A DNA stretch of 63,283 bases, filler included, from Hyphochytrium catenoides (Eukaryota; Protista; Hyphochytriomycota): assembly GCA_900088475.1 (NCBI GenBank). It is 5 parts of 5 records of this genome, joined end to end, with 100 filler letters (N's around TTAATTAATTAA, not from the genome) between each part and the next. Parts side by side here need not be neighbours in the genome. Positions count along the whole stretch, not along the records: positions 1 to 21,035 come from FLMG01004722.1; 4 more parts are not named here. One strand, given 5' to 3'. This document shows positions 1-12,797 of this stretch, piece by piece (position 1 is the stretch's first letter; each line of letters opens with the position of its first letter). A program made the position numbers and the translations under genes. The notes below the pieces were generated by a model. The model ran no database searches. It worked only from the letters and a program-made list of their open reading frames with translations, and was not told the DNA's origin.

Positions 1-324
1 TTGTTTCGATAGAGCGAAGCGTACTCCTTCCTTCTGAAAGGGCATTAGCTGACGCTGCAGGTCAGCGAAGGGAATCTTGGGTACAGTTGCTTCAAAAGCA
101 CGATAGACTTGGGTATCTTCAGCTTTCTTCTTCTTACGCTTTGTCTGGGTCTCCGAGCCCTGTTCTTGCTTCCTTTTCGATGGCGTCCCGTCCTTCTTAC
201 TCTGTTTGGGCTGTCGTGTCTCCTTTTTCTTTTCTGCGGCTACTTTGTTCAATGCCTTTCGTTTTGCCTCAGCCTCGCGATTGTACTCAGCTCTCAGCTC
301 TTTTATTGTTTTTGCTGGAGCCAT
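1..324 (-). CDS. 5' part of a SNF2-family helicase, SMARCAL1/ZRANB3-like; runs off the left edge
   Basis: Manual translation from the ATG at 324: MAPAKTIKELRAEY…(Lys-rich)…DLQRQLMPFQKEGVRFALSKQ. LMPFQxEGVRFAL is the Q-motif segment preceding motif I in SMARCAL1/ZRANB3-type SNF2 ATPases. Absent from the ORF track because it is open at the edge. Confidence 0.75.
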   Translation of the reverse strand, partial: MAPAKTIKELRAEYNREAEAKRKALNKVAAEKKKETRQPKQSKKDGTPSKRKQEQGSETQTKRKKKKAEDTQVYRAFEATVPKIPFADLQRQLMPFQKEGVRFALSKQ

Positions 325-903
325 GGCTCCCAGAGCTCAGGTGACCGGTCTGCTTACTATCGTAACCTTTAAAGTCTTGGCTTCTCTGTCCCGGGGCCTT
401 GACGCAGAACTTGGTTCCTAGCCACTCCCTACTTTGAAGGTCCAGCTTCAAAACTCTCTCATGTCAGCTCTTCAATCTGTCTCTCCGTCTCAGTCCTGGC
501 GGCCGCTCAGGGTAGCTTCGCTCTAATATAATAAGAAGCTAACCGAGAATCTCTGTCTGCAAAGCGCTGCGGCCAAAAAGCTCAGAAAACAGAGAAAAGA
601 GAGATCCAGAAGGCCGATAACCCTTTACAACTCCCGGGGAGCTCTGGTAGCGGCTAATCTCCAGGTAGGTAAAGAGTATTTATAGGGAAAGGAAGTGGGG
701 AGCCGGACTTTCTTTAGCTCCTTGAGAATGGAGGGAAAGCAAAATTGCGCCAAAACAAATTTCAAACTGAAGTTAACCATATGAAGTTAATTCTTGANNN
801 NNNNNNNNNNNNNNNNNNNNNAGAGAGAGAGAGAGAGAGTGAGAGGGAGAGAGAGAGAGAGGGGGGAAGTCAGTCATCAGAGTTCCCGTCCTCACCATAA
901 CTC

Positions 904-1681
904 TCAGTAACCTACCACTCCACTCTTGAGCTTCGGCATACTGAAGCCTTTGTCCGTGAACGCGGAGAAGAGAGAGGTGGAGCCGACGTTGAGGTTGGGC
1001 TTCAGGCCGAGAGGCAGTACCGTCTAAAACAGAAGAGGAAAGGCAAAGGAAGGGCTAAGACGAGAGATGATAGCCAAAGGTTGGAATGGAGAGATGTCAC
1101 CTTTTTTGGTGGAAGCGCCAGGTTATTGAAAGAAGAGACAGAAAGCGGGGCCATGTCTTCCTTCCCACTGAAGAGCTTTCTCGTCTTCTGCACAACCGGC
1201 TCCTTGACCTGCTGGGAAGAGGGCGGAGCTGACATGTTCTCCTTCTGCCAAAGCACATAAAGGAAAGAGGCAAGGAGTAAGAAAGAGAGAGTCTCATCAG
1301 AAAGTTCGTACCCGCAGCAATCGATGGATTAGAGTCAGAATAGTTTGCAGGGTGACAGGAGAAGGCACACTGAACTCAGCAGCGGCATAATTGCGATAGA
1401 GTCTGCAGAAGGGAGAAGATAAGGGAAGAGAAAAAGAGAGAGCTCCAAAGCTCACATCGTCCTCATCAAGCGCCGTTTTTGCTTTCTTGGCCTTGGGCTT
1501 GGCTGCAGCTGTGGCAACTCTTTTTTTCGGAGCGGGAGCTGAGGCTTCTTCTTCCTCTTCGTCAGCGGGATTTTCGGACTCTTCTTCCTGAACTTGCTTT
1601 CGCTTCTCAACCACTTTCTTGTCCTCATATATAACAGGTGACGGCTGGGAAGAGGGTTGAACATTTGGTCAATAGGACCTT

Positions 1682-1725
<44 letters not shown>

Positions 1726-4700
1726 GGTAGCGGGTCCTGTCTTTCTAGAACTGAGTCCGCTTTACCTGCTTATTCTTGACTGCTGCCTTCTTAGGCTTAG
1801 AAGCCCTAGTACTGGTTTCTGGCAATACTTGTGGGGAGGTAGAGGAAGCACGAAGGCTTGAGTCTTTCTCTGTCGTCTCGATTTCCTGGGACGTAGCCTT
1901 TGCCGCTGTCCTTTCTAGCTGCTTCCTCGCTTTTCCTGCCTCCTTCTCTCTCTTTTCCAGTTCCTTAGCTGCCTTCTCCATCTCTTTTCCTTTCTTTTCA
2001 GCTTCTTTCTCCCGCTTCTCAAGCTCTTTTGCCGTCTTCTCCACCTCCTGTTCCCTCCTTTGTACGTCCTTGATAGTCTTCTCCAGTTCTTTTTCCCTCT
2101 TCTCGAGCTCCTTAAAGGCCTTCTCCTGCTCTTTAACCCGATGTCCCTGCTTGCAACAATGAGCATGAGACAAGGCATGCATCAGATGAGGAGAGTTCAA
2201 AGCTAGGCGTAGAGACCAGGGATGGAAATAGAAGAACGGGCTACATATGGGGAAGATCACAGGGCCACCAACCTGCTCCGTCATTTTTCTTTGAAGATCT
2301 CCAAGTTTTTTCTGAAGCTCACTTTTCTCCGCCTGGACAGCCGCAGAGGTGGAGTCCGCACTAGTCTTCGCCTTTCGTAATGCTTCCTACAGTCAGTCAA
2401 GGAAAGGGGTTTGCAGGTGCATTGGCTCATGCTCATCAGCAGTCTGGTTTGTTATCAGGACGGAACAAGAAGGAAATGACAGAGCGTGAAAGAATGATGA
2501 CCAACCTCGGCTGCTTTGGCTCTGGCCTTTGCAGTGTCGAGCTGCTGATAGAGGCTTTCCTCCCTTTGGACGAACTGCTCCTCAAGCTTGGCCAAGGTCT
2601 TTTCCTAGACAACAGAAGAACAGTGGCATACCAAGGGGTAGTTAAGATAGAGGATGGGACAGTGGAACAGAAGTGAGCGAAAGTAGAAAAGGCTATTGTG
2701 TCGGCTCATCAAACATCTGTTAAAGCACTTACCAGTTCCTGGTGCTTCTTTTGCATTCTTTCCATCTCTTTCTCCTCCCTCTCACGTTCCAGATCTCTTT
2801 CCTTCTCCGCCATCTGGGATCGCTCCTTTCTCTCCAGCAGCTCGCTTTTCAGAGCTAAAGTCTCTTCCTCCAAGGCCACTGCGATAAGTTGCATGAGATT
2901 AGTACACACGCTTACAAGCATTAAGCGAGGGAGAGCTCTAAGAGAGTAGACGGCAGAAGAAGACTGCGCTATGCTGTCATTACCCATTCTGGCCTGACTT
3001 CGGAGCTGCTCTCTCTCTTGGTCGTACAGAGAGAGACGGAGGTCACAGGTCTGGATATTAAGCTCGAGAGCCTCTTCCTCTTTTCTCTTCTCCTCCTCGG
3101 CTCTCCTTCTCAATTCATCTTTACGCCTCTCTTCCTCCTTCTGTCGTGAGTAATGTACCAAGGAGAAGTAGCGGCAACAAAGGGTGAAAGACAATGTTAG
3201 AATAACTACATGGACGTATGCCACGACATGTGCCAGGGGTCAAGGAAAGAGGACAGGACAAAAGAGAGTGGGATATGGCAACAAAGAAAAGAGAGAGCCA
3301 AGGTCAAGAGAAAGATCCCCCGTACGAGGGGTGGCTAAGGTTAGACGATCATGGTCACCTCATGCTGCAGAGTGAGTGTGTTCACTTCGTCAGTTTTCCG
3401 CTTGAGCTCTGCTTCAAGCTCCTTTTGGCTCCGGTCTTTCTCATCCCTGAGTTCCTTTAACCTCTTTTGAAGCTGTTCCTTCTCTTGTTGGAGAGAGGAG
3501 ACCTCACTCGCCAGCTGCACGTTGAAGCGAGAAGGGAGTACCTTGGGTGAGAGCTGACCGTATGAATAAGAGGCACCCAGCCAGAAAGTGCCCAGATACC
3601 AAGGTGATTCTAGATGAACAAGAAACAAGTCTCGACGGAACAAGAAGGGAGAGAGACAAAGACCTGATTGCTTTTCTCGTAAATCTGCGGATCGGTGAGC
3701 ATCTCCTGGGCCCGGAGAGCTTGGGCAAGACGCTTCCTCTCTTTTTCTCCAGACTAAGGTGGCAGGAGCCCACGCAGACAGCGAGAAAAGAAAGAAAGAC
3801 TGTTACTAAGACCAGTTGACGGAGAAGAGATTCTTATCAGGGAGCTACCAATTGAGCGAACTGGTGAGAATGGCAGGTAGGGAGCAGGCATCTGCAACGC
3901 TTAGAAAAACAGCAGCCTCACCTCCGTCACTAGTTTGAGCTCGTAGCGGAGCCTGTCATTCTCCTGCAATATATCGGCTAGCCGGCTTTGCTGCACCTTG
4001 CTCTCTTCCTCCTTCTCTTTAAGAAGCTCCTTCAGCGCATCACGCTCACGGACGGCCTCCTACACAAACGAAGAACCCATTGCACATCCACAGTGTGCGT
4101 AAGGATGCATGCCAGTTAGGAAAGAAAGCCTTTGATAGAGCTCTAATGCATAGAGCTGTGTATGCTCCCTTAAGGTGCTTTTGTCGAAAACGACAAGCTC
4201 ATGATGGGGTTCAGACAGTCAAGGTGGTCGTATACTACTTACCTCTAAGTTGGCGTCATCCTGCAATTGGAAGTTGATCTCTGCCTTGTTCTTGATAAAT
4301 TTTGCTCGTGACGTGTAGTCGAGGGCCACAAGCGTTTGTCTGTGAAGGCAGGCAAGTGCAGGATAAGGTAGAAGATCGTAAGACAAAGAGAATAAATGGT
4401 CCCTATGATTTCGGGCCCATGGAAAGTCAGGATAGACCATAGAGGAGCCTAGAACGCAGCCCAATCTCGATCAAGATGGTCTTCGGTCAAAAAAAGACGA
4501 ACGAGCAGGGTCTGAGAGAAAGCCTGACCGGTAGTGCTGCTTGGTAGGTCTCACATGGGTGATCATGAGAGTCTTTGCCGTGCCTCCCAGCGAGTCTTTC
4601 AGCAAATGAGTCAACTGCAAGAGGAAATGAAGTGAGGAAGTCCGACTGTGACGGCCGATGCTACTGGGACGGCAGGAAGAATAATCATTCAGACGGAAAC

Positions 4701-6969
4701 AAGAGTTCGACGAGGGGACAAGTAGCGTGACTCAAAGGATGGCTGCAAAAAGAAGAGTCAAAGCAAAAAGGTCTGTTTCGCGCTTGCCTTTGAGTTTCTG
4801 TAGGGAACCAACCAAAGATCCTCCCTAGGCCTTGAGAGATGGGAGAGCACATTCGAAAGAGCTGTGAGTGAAAGGTTGATAGCCTGAGTCTCTGTCATGG
4901 CCTCTCCTTCTGCGCCAGACATCGACAAGCGCTCGCTAAAAAGATCGATCATGTCAGCGCCAAGAGAGATAATGCGATCACATAGTATTGCGCAGTAGGG
5001 AAGTGGTTAGATGACTGTTCAAAGCAGGCCAGTACATTCCCTGCAGAACCCTGACAGTCTGATATTGGAAGTGTCAGCAAAGAAAGGGATACCTTCCAGC
5101 CAGGTCTACAATATTAAGCTTGCCTCTCCTTGTAAGGCCATTCACTGAAGACTCTAGGTACAGGATGAGAATCAGGTGGGATCGGCTGCTCTGATCGTTG
5201 AGCAGGGTTTTGCCCACGGCCCTGCTGTCGAGGCCTCTGTTTAGTCAGCAAGAGACACATCAGCCACCCGCATTAAGACTAGAAATGGACAAAATTCAAC
5301 TAGACCTAGAAGAGTCCAGAGTCAAGGTGACCCGAAGGCATCGTAAGAGGCGGAAAGAGAAGCGGATGCTAGAAGAACGAGAAAGGCAGCAGTGCGTTAT
5401 TTTAGAGGCATCATACCTCTTCAGCAACTGCATCGCTTGCTCTGCAGAATCAATCATGGTAACCAAAGTCGGTCCGCCTGATAGGAAGACTCCGTCTTTT
5501 TTGCTCTCATGAATCTGGATGGCAGCCTTCTTCTCATTGTTTGAACTAATCGCTGAGCTCATACTAGACGGACTAACATCAAGGAGATCTCTGAAGGTGT
5601 TGTTATACAGTTCCACGAAGGTCATCTTGACAGCAAACTGATTGCCCGCTGAGCCTTGGATGTGAGAGAATATGTCTTGTATGGCTCTGGTCATGAGCAG
5701 CGATAAAGACGTAAGTGGATGTCATGGAAAGATTGCGTACCAGGGAAGACAAGTCAAATAACTTGTGACAGTAGGAAGAAGACAGCGGAAAAGAACGTGG
5801 CTGTGTCCAAGTGAAGGCAAGATCACAAGATGGAGGCAGGCAACACATGAAGCAAATGGAGATCTTGACAAGGAGAGAGTCGTCCTTCTGTTAAGATCCT
5901 TTGCATGGCAGAAGAGAGAGATATCAACAAATTGGGATGGAGAAGGGTAACATAGAGAGAAAGTGATTCCAAAATGTCGCCACCTTGGGGCAATGCCGGG
6001 GTTATTTTCACTGCCGATGATGGTATGAGTCTTGCCGGATCCGGTCGACCTGCGCACAGGAAAGAGCCGGGTAAGAGAGATGAAGCCACTTAGACGAGCA
6101 CAGAAAGAGGAGTCACCTCTCAACCCTTCTTCACCTATTATTGCACTTACCCGTACGCGAGCACAGTCGCATTGTAACCTTTCAATGCTGCTTCAAGAAG
6201 TGGCTGGGCATAGCGATAGACCTCCTCCTGCGTGGCATCTTCAGCAAAGACGCGGTCAAAGCTGAAGGTCTTCGGCGTAAGTCTTGCCTAGAGGAAAAAT
6301 TAGAAAGGGAATAGGGGACAAGCGTCTTTCAATAAGATTCTTGCACGGTAGGAGGAAGAGTTCAGAGAGTCTTCAGCAGTGCAAGGCAAAAAGGAAAACG
6401 ACGAAGCATGCCAGGCAAGCCCAGGTAGAGATATATGGCAAAAGGTGGTCCAAGATATATAATAATCGGCTAGATCGGAGGGCACGAAAGGACTGCACCG
6501 ACAGGAGTTCTCCATGGCGTTCTGAGCTTTCTCAACCCTCCAGGGGTCCTCAGGATCCCAGCAGAAGGGGCCTTGGCAGGCGTCCTGGGGCAAGCTCCCT
6601 GATCAACCTGGCTCACCGAGAGGTTTCGTACGACGTCGATCTCCTGATAGAATAGGTACCAAGGTCAGAAAGGCGGAGAAGGACGCGAAGAGAAAGAAAG
6701 CCTCTGTAGGAGTTAGAAAGAGCACTGACACAGAGCAAGAGAGAGAGAGGGACAGGGAGGGAAAAAGTAGGGCTTGAGAATGAGCTACGCACTCCATCCT
6801 CTGCATTCTCCCCTGGGGGAGTGACAAGAACGCTTTGCTCGTCTAGCCTTTCCACAGATCTCTGTCCTTCCAGATTCTGGAAAGGCCCTCCTTGGTTCTC
6901 TTCAGTCTTCAAAGGCCTAACACGGACAAAGACGGTGACCGCCTCACCGTCAGGCTTAGACGTCACCAT
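904..6969 (-). CDS. Kinesin with N-terminal motor and long coiled-coil/charged tail (multi-exon)
   Basis: Spliced motifs in order: VTVFVRVRP; [10 protein letters not shown]|STGSGKTHT (P-loop); [15 protein letters not shown]; NDQSSRSH (switch I); KLNIVDLAG|SER (switch II); [12 protein letters not shown]; VPYRNSK|[11 protein letters not shown]; [13 protein letters not shown]-rich coiled-coil exons lie at about 1750-4050. The last exon reads …[13 protein letters not shown] (stop 904-906). Subfamily not assigned and the start could lie further upstream. Confidence 0.92.
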
Positions 6970-7297
6970 GGCTTTACGTGAGCCGGTCGACGTGTGTCTC
7001 CTTTCGCTGCCCTCTAGTCCCTATTCAGACTATGGGTTGGGGCATGCAGGAGATGTCCACCTAGACAAAGATCCACCTATCGAGCGCTCTTGAATTGGAC
7101 CGGGCAGAGGCCCCCGGATGTAGGTCAACGATTACTTTGCCCGCGTCCTGAGGTGCACTGCGTCTAGTAAGTGAATATAGAGGGACAGGTCCAGCAGGAA
7201 AATGCAAGAGCATACCAGGAAGCAGACGCCAAACAGATTATCACACAGCAAACGTACAGAACTCCCAACTCCCGCGTCACGCGCGATGTTTACACTC

Positions 7298-7340
<43 letters not shown>

Positions 7341-7630
7341 GGAGCAAGACAAAAGGGACGAGAACCGTCGGAGAGAGAGAAAGGAAAGAGGAGAACAAAG
7401 AAGAAATTTGAATTTGTTTGAGACCGTTCGAGCCGTTGTACCGGGGGACGCCTCAGTATTTCTTCAATAGATTTCAGGGAAGATTTCGCTGTCATATCCC
7501 GAATCATACTAATGCGATATCCCGAATCTATGGTGTCTATTCAGAACCCCTATTATTTGGCATTTTGGCAGTCTGCAGTCTGCACTTCAGATCTTCACAT
7601 CATGCAGAAGGAACATCTGAAGACTGAGTC

Positions 7631-7825
7631 TCAGCTCTCTCTTACATACAGGCTGAAGCCATCAAAGCACCTCAAGCAGAGCAGCAGCAGCGAGCCTCTG
7701 GGGTTGTTGAAGTAGATATTCTGCCAGGTGTTGACTACCTGAGGATTTTGCAATCTGAGATCCGCTGGAGTGGCACGAAGGGACCTGCATAGGGGGCAAT
7801 GACAACTTGAGTTCTTGGCCATCAA
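7631..7825 (-). CDS. Short Cys-rich ORF/first exon of unknown function (CxCxxC…CxxC)
   Basis: MMAKNSSCHCPLCRS…LLLCLRCFDGFSL, followed by GTATGT/GTAAGA donor-like sites. Downstream exons were not resolved. Confidence 0.3.
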   Translation of the reverse strand: MMAKNSSCHCPLCRSLRATPADLRLQNPQVVNTWQNIYFNNPRGSLLLLCLRCFDGFSLYVRES

Positions 7826-7955
7826 GGGACCCGCTCGTTCTTTTACTGCTAGTTAAAGGTGGGTTATCCTCGTCTAATCGGGATGCCGTGTGGCGTAACA
7901 GGGCCAGCCCATAGTGACAGTATCGTGCTACTTTCCTTTTAGAAACTCTCGAAGG

Positions 7956-8292
7956 ATGTCTAGAGTACGAGCTTTACTTGCCGGCGGGCTATTGTCAGGA
8001 GCTGCCTACGCAGTGACATTCGACTCCATTAACAAGTGGGAGACCAGGGTTCATACCAACATCCTTTCCATCCACCAAGACATCCCTAATGCAAAGCATC
8101 TACCGGTAGGTTTCGAACGTATTGCGCCCTTCTTTCCTTAACCTCACATTAGTGGCACAGGTAAAGCCCGAGAAGGAGCCACTCAGAGCTGTCCCTTCTG
8201 AACACGAACTGTGGACAAGGTTCAGGACAACATGGAATAGCGGGATCTATAACTTTAGGGCTACCGTACTTCAGATATTTGCCCAGCGATGA
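7956..8292 (+). CDS. Small 93-aa membrane protein, MICOS subunit MIC13/QIL1/Mic12-like (2 exons: 7956-8105, 8161-8292)
   Basis: Spliced product MSRVRALLAGGLLSGAAYAVTFDS…KHLP|VKPEKEPL…LWTRFRTTWNSGIYNFRATVLQIFAQR*. It has an N-terminal GxxxG hydrophobic helix and a C-terminal RxxWNxG motif, both features of MIC13/Mic12. The intron is a canonical GT…CAG of 55 nt. Confidence 0.6.
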
Positions 8293-9396
8293 GCTAGGGG
8301 GTGAGATATATATGAAAGCTCTTTCCATGGGGCTGCGACAGAGACACATGGGCTAGGAAAGCCGTAGCTCCTGCCTCACCTAGAGGACAAATGCTCGAGT
8401 AGTCATAGACTGAGAGACTTAAAAGATGGAGGAACCTAATGTGAAGCGCTATTTAGCCCATTATCGTACTGTTCTCGGAAGGAGAGCTGATGCCTCCCAC
8501 TATCACTGGTCCTCTGACTAATCAGCAACTTCTAGCCTGATACCACGAATCCATGTTCTTGATGCCTTTTCCTTCTATTTGTACTTAGCGGGCGCTTTCT
8601 GTCTGCGCTCTGTCTGTGTAGGGGTCGAACAGCAGTGGCCTCTATTATCCCCGGTCATGAACGTCTATACTGCCCGCTCCGTCCCTTTGTCTGGATCTCT
8701 GGGTAGTACCAGGTGCACTAGCTAATCGTGTGTGGCGGCTGATGGCACTTGGGAGAGCGGTCTGATGTCAAGGTTCCCTGCACAACCTTCTCATCCTTTC
8801 TGGCTCTTTGTTCTCACTCTTTTGCCATGCTGTGATGGGGCCTACGTGTATGGCGACCATTCTAGGACAATTATTCCGATATCCTCTCGTTTACGCTGTG
8901 ATGGTATCCATCTATCTGCAAAAGGTGTTAAAGTGTATCACTAGCTGAAGGAGTCACGACAATTATAGGACTAAAGGCAGCGTTACAAGGTTTTTGCCAG
9001 TGTCTCTTATCTGATCGCTCCGTAAACTGTCAACCTACTCCCGCGAGCGAAGTGTTGCTGCTTCTCATCCGTCAAGCTCTGCTCCTGAAGACCATCGTCC
9101 TTAAGACTGCTGACTGTTGCACAAGCATAGGGTTGGTCAAGTACGCCGAAGATCTTGCTTGTCGTGTGTGCATACAAAGTCAGTCTTGGCTGCCGTCTTG
9201 ACTTCTTTAGGCCATCTCAAGAGAGATCGCTCTCTCTGGACGTACGAGTTCCTGGTTCTTTTTAAAGGAGAAGCAGCGATCAACAAGGCGGAGGAGGAGG
9301 GAGGGACAAGTGTACAGGGGAGGTGTACGGACAGATTCAGGGAATCGTTATTAGGGCCGATCTGGCGGCCAACGGCCCGAACCTACGATCCGAAGA

Positions 9397-11490
9397 TGGC
9401 CCCTCGGTTCAAAGAAGACGTGGGGGGATCCAGCCAATCTGTCACACGTCTGCTGCAGCACATCCAAACCCTCAAGGCTACATATGAAGGTACAGGACCT
9501 TTAGTCGACGTTACTTTCTGAAGATCTCTTCTTGCACTACCGGCTGTCCTCATTACTATTTTGATCTCGCCTGAGTTATGTATGACCTGCTACTCCCTAG
9601 CATCCCTTGTCCCTTCACTCCGCTTCGTATACTTCTCCTCGACAAAGCTTGGAAGGTACCTACTCGAGCTACTGCTATAGCTGCACGAAACTCGGCCTTG
9701 CTCTGGGTGTCTTTTATGTTTTCTGTGTTCCTGGTCTCAGAGTCTGCTCTGCTTGCTATCTCCCTGTACCTCTTCTGAAGCTTGAATGGTCTCATTGGCC
9801 TGCTATTAACATGATGTCTCTAGCCCATATACAGACACTCACAACGTCTCTAGAGGCCATGAGAGAAGAGAATGCCTCTCTGAAGAGGTTCATAGTGGTT
9901 CTGGAGGAGGAGATAGAACACAGAAATAGCATGGTAGATGACGTGGTTCCATGCACTTTTAGGGGCGCCCCGCTTCCTTGCTTCTTTTCTCTCTGCTCAT
10001 CCTACGCCCCTTCTTGCCTCAAAACAAGTATCTCATCTTGCCTGTCCCTCATGGTGCTTTTCACTCCATATCTCGCTACAAGTCTGTCCTCTCTTTGCCA
10101 TTCTCCCCTCTTATATTCCTGCCGTAATAACGTGCTCTTCTGTCCCTTGCCCGACGGAAATTTCGTGCTTTCTACACTATAGGTCCTCAGCAATGGCTTT
10201 GAGTGCTTTTGGGTCTGGTCCTATGTATTCAAATCTCTTTCATCTCTGCTAACTGCTGTGTGCTATGGCTTCCTAGCTGATTCAAATCTGCACTCTACAA
10301 ATGTTCACCCGTAGGTCCATCAGCTAAAGGTAGAAAACAGTGAAAGGTGGCGCATCCAGGAGGGGGATGACTGGAGAGCGTTAGTGGATGCAGTACAGAA
10401 AGATAGAAGGCGGCTTGAGGTTGAAAATGAAGAGGTAATGAGACTCTAGCATACACGCTTCGTACGGGAAGGAAGACCACAGTCAATAGAGATGGGCTCC
10501 TCAGCTGAGAGAAAGACGGGTTCTTTCGTGATTACCAAGCAATAGAAGGATGGAGGTTACCGTTCTTGCCTGTTGATGCTTCTCTCCAGAGCCTCAACCT
10601 TTAGAGTATCAACTTGTGGACCGTTATGCATTGGCCTCCCTCTCTTGGATGGGTTTAATGGCTGGTGTTTATCCACTTCCTCCCTTTTTCTTCTTGTCCT
10701 CGTCTACGTCCTTTGCTATGTCTGCTCTAAAGTTGGCAGCCTCATTAGCTGAATACAAACAGCAAGTAGCGTCTCTTCAAGCCACTGTTGCGGAACACGG
10801 TCTTAGTTCAAACCAGAGAGGTCTTAGATCCCGGAAATATTCGCTGACTAGGAGAATGTCCTCATCTGGCCCATCTCAAGGCGGCGCGGCGCCAGTTTCT
10901 CCGAGGTAAGATTCCGACCTCAAACTATTGAGAGACACTGTCCAGAGCAATAAGAGTATGAGAAGAAACGGGTAACAGGTAGAACTAGTTTTGACGTTGT
11001 TGGAGTAGGTCTCCGAAGTTGGAGGAGCTATAGAATGCTTTCCTGAGAAAAAAGGAGTCTCCTAACCAGCTGACCATCTCTCTGCATTCGCAAGCCATCA
11101 GAGCACAACAAAGAAGGTGATGGAGGAAAACGAGGCTCTCAAGGTATGAAGAACGTGCAGACTCGTTTAGCGATGCCTTCATGCTCAACCTCTTGTCTAC
11201 TGCTTCGTCACATATGTCTAGCATGCCTTGGCTGAACTCCGCGAAGAGCTAAGGATGACCAAGACAGAGAGAGAGGAAGAGATTGAGATGTATGAGCGAG
11301 AGCTCAACTGCTTACGCCATGATGTCAGTGTTCTGTTCTCTGTTGTAGTCTTTGTATAGTATCTAACTTCAGATACTTCTTCTCCCTTGTATTTCAGCGG
11401 AAATCTTTCTCAGCAGGAGAAGACGAAGAGAGGAGCTTGCTAAAGTCCATCTACTCAGCGGGTCAAGGCCTCTTCTGGCTAGCTATGAAA
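9397..11490 (+). CDS. Coiled-coil protein of unknown function (multi-exon; 3' end approximate)
   Basis: Exons flanked by AG/GT read MAPRFKEDVGG…LKATYE; AHIQTLTTSLEAMREENASLKRF…; VHQLKVENSERWRIQEGDDWRALVDAVQKDRRRLEVENEE (10315-10434); ASLAEYKQQVASLQATV…. These are heptad-like helices. Confidence 0.55.
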
Positions 11491-12797
11491 CCTAGTCACT
11501 CGAAGAAGTCATATCCTGTCATCAACGTGTGAAAGCTGACAAAGCGCTCCGTGTTAAAGGAACTTTGTGCCGCCTGGCAAAGCCTACATCGCATCACGTA
11601 GGCGTACGAGATGATGGACAGCTCCTTACTCTTCCTTGTCATGGTAGACGTGTCTCGAGACTCCTGACAACTGTCCACTTTTCTTCCCATATCTCGCATG
11701 TCTCAGTTGAGCACTTCCTTGTTCTCAACGCTGCTCAAGATCTATTGCTGTCCTTTAACTCTCATCAGATCTCTCATCGCAACCGTTGAGGTGCACCATC
11801 AAGAGGGTAAGGGCAAGAGTGAATGTCGCTTCGCAGAGTGATGGTTCCTTTTGTATGATAATCAAATCTCTTCTATCTATGATTCTTTCCACAATTTCTG
11901 AGATCTGTCCTTGAAGTAGTAATAGTAATATCTGAGCTAACCCAGTGCTCCTCGGTCTTCTATTTAGTAATGCGATCTGATAAAGGAGGAGTGAGCTAGG
12001 CGCTAACGGCCATCTCCCTTCCTCCCTGTGTGAATGACAGCTTTGGCTACTTTTTCTGTAAAGCGCGGGCTTTTGAGTTCGGAATTCCGTCCACTTTCCC
12101 TCCTCCCTCTCTCTTGTTTCTTGACTCCATTTTTATGTTTGATCATAGCCTTGCCTTATCTCCCTCAATTCTGTCTCGTCTAGGTCTCTTCCTCTAGTAC
12201 AGTAAAGCTCTTTGTGTTACCTCTCATCGAGGGGATCTCCTTTGCCCTCTGTCTCGATTGCATTCGCCGTTTCTCTCTCCTTTCTTGTCTTTTCTCCTTT
12301 GGACACAACGGCATTCTGAAGAATCTTCGGTGTCTCCACCTGTCATTCCAATAATCTCTGCCTTGAACGACAGGCGATTTCTGAAGCTTTTCTGGCCATT
12401 GAAAAGTGAAAGAGACACCATCAGTGACAATCACTCTGGGGATTCCCGCCATTCTGTTTGGACTGGAGAAGCCCTGCGCCCGCCAGGTTGGAGCCTATCG
12501 TTGCTGGTAGGTGACACTCAAGCAGGTGGGCGCCCAAAGATAAAGAAGAGAGAAGGAAAGAGAGAAGAAGTGAGGGAGAAAAAGTAGGAGGAGTAGAAGG
12601 AGAGAGCTAGAATGAGAAGGCCAAGACGACCGTGAGGGTAGTTGCAGAGAGAAAGTTTTGGGCTAAAGGGTTTGATGGAGGTTACTCATTTTACTATTTG
12701 CTCTCCGCCTGGCAGACGGGTGCTACTCTCGCCGATAGTAGGGCAAAGCTAACTTGCAAGTGCTGGAACCGTGATGACGTTCTATTCTTCACTCGCA

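Noticed and set aside
87-421. Plus-strand hydrophobic ORFs that look like membrane proteins
   Set aside because: They are antisense shadows of the Lys-rich N-terminus of the minus-strand SNF2 helicase.
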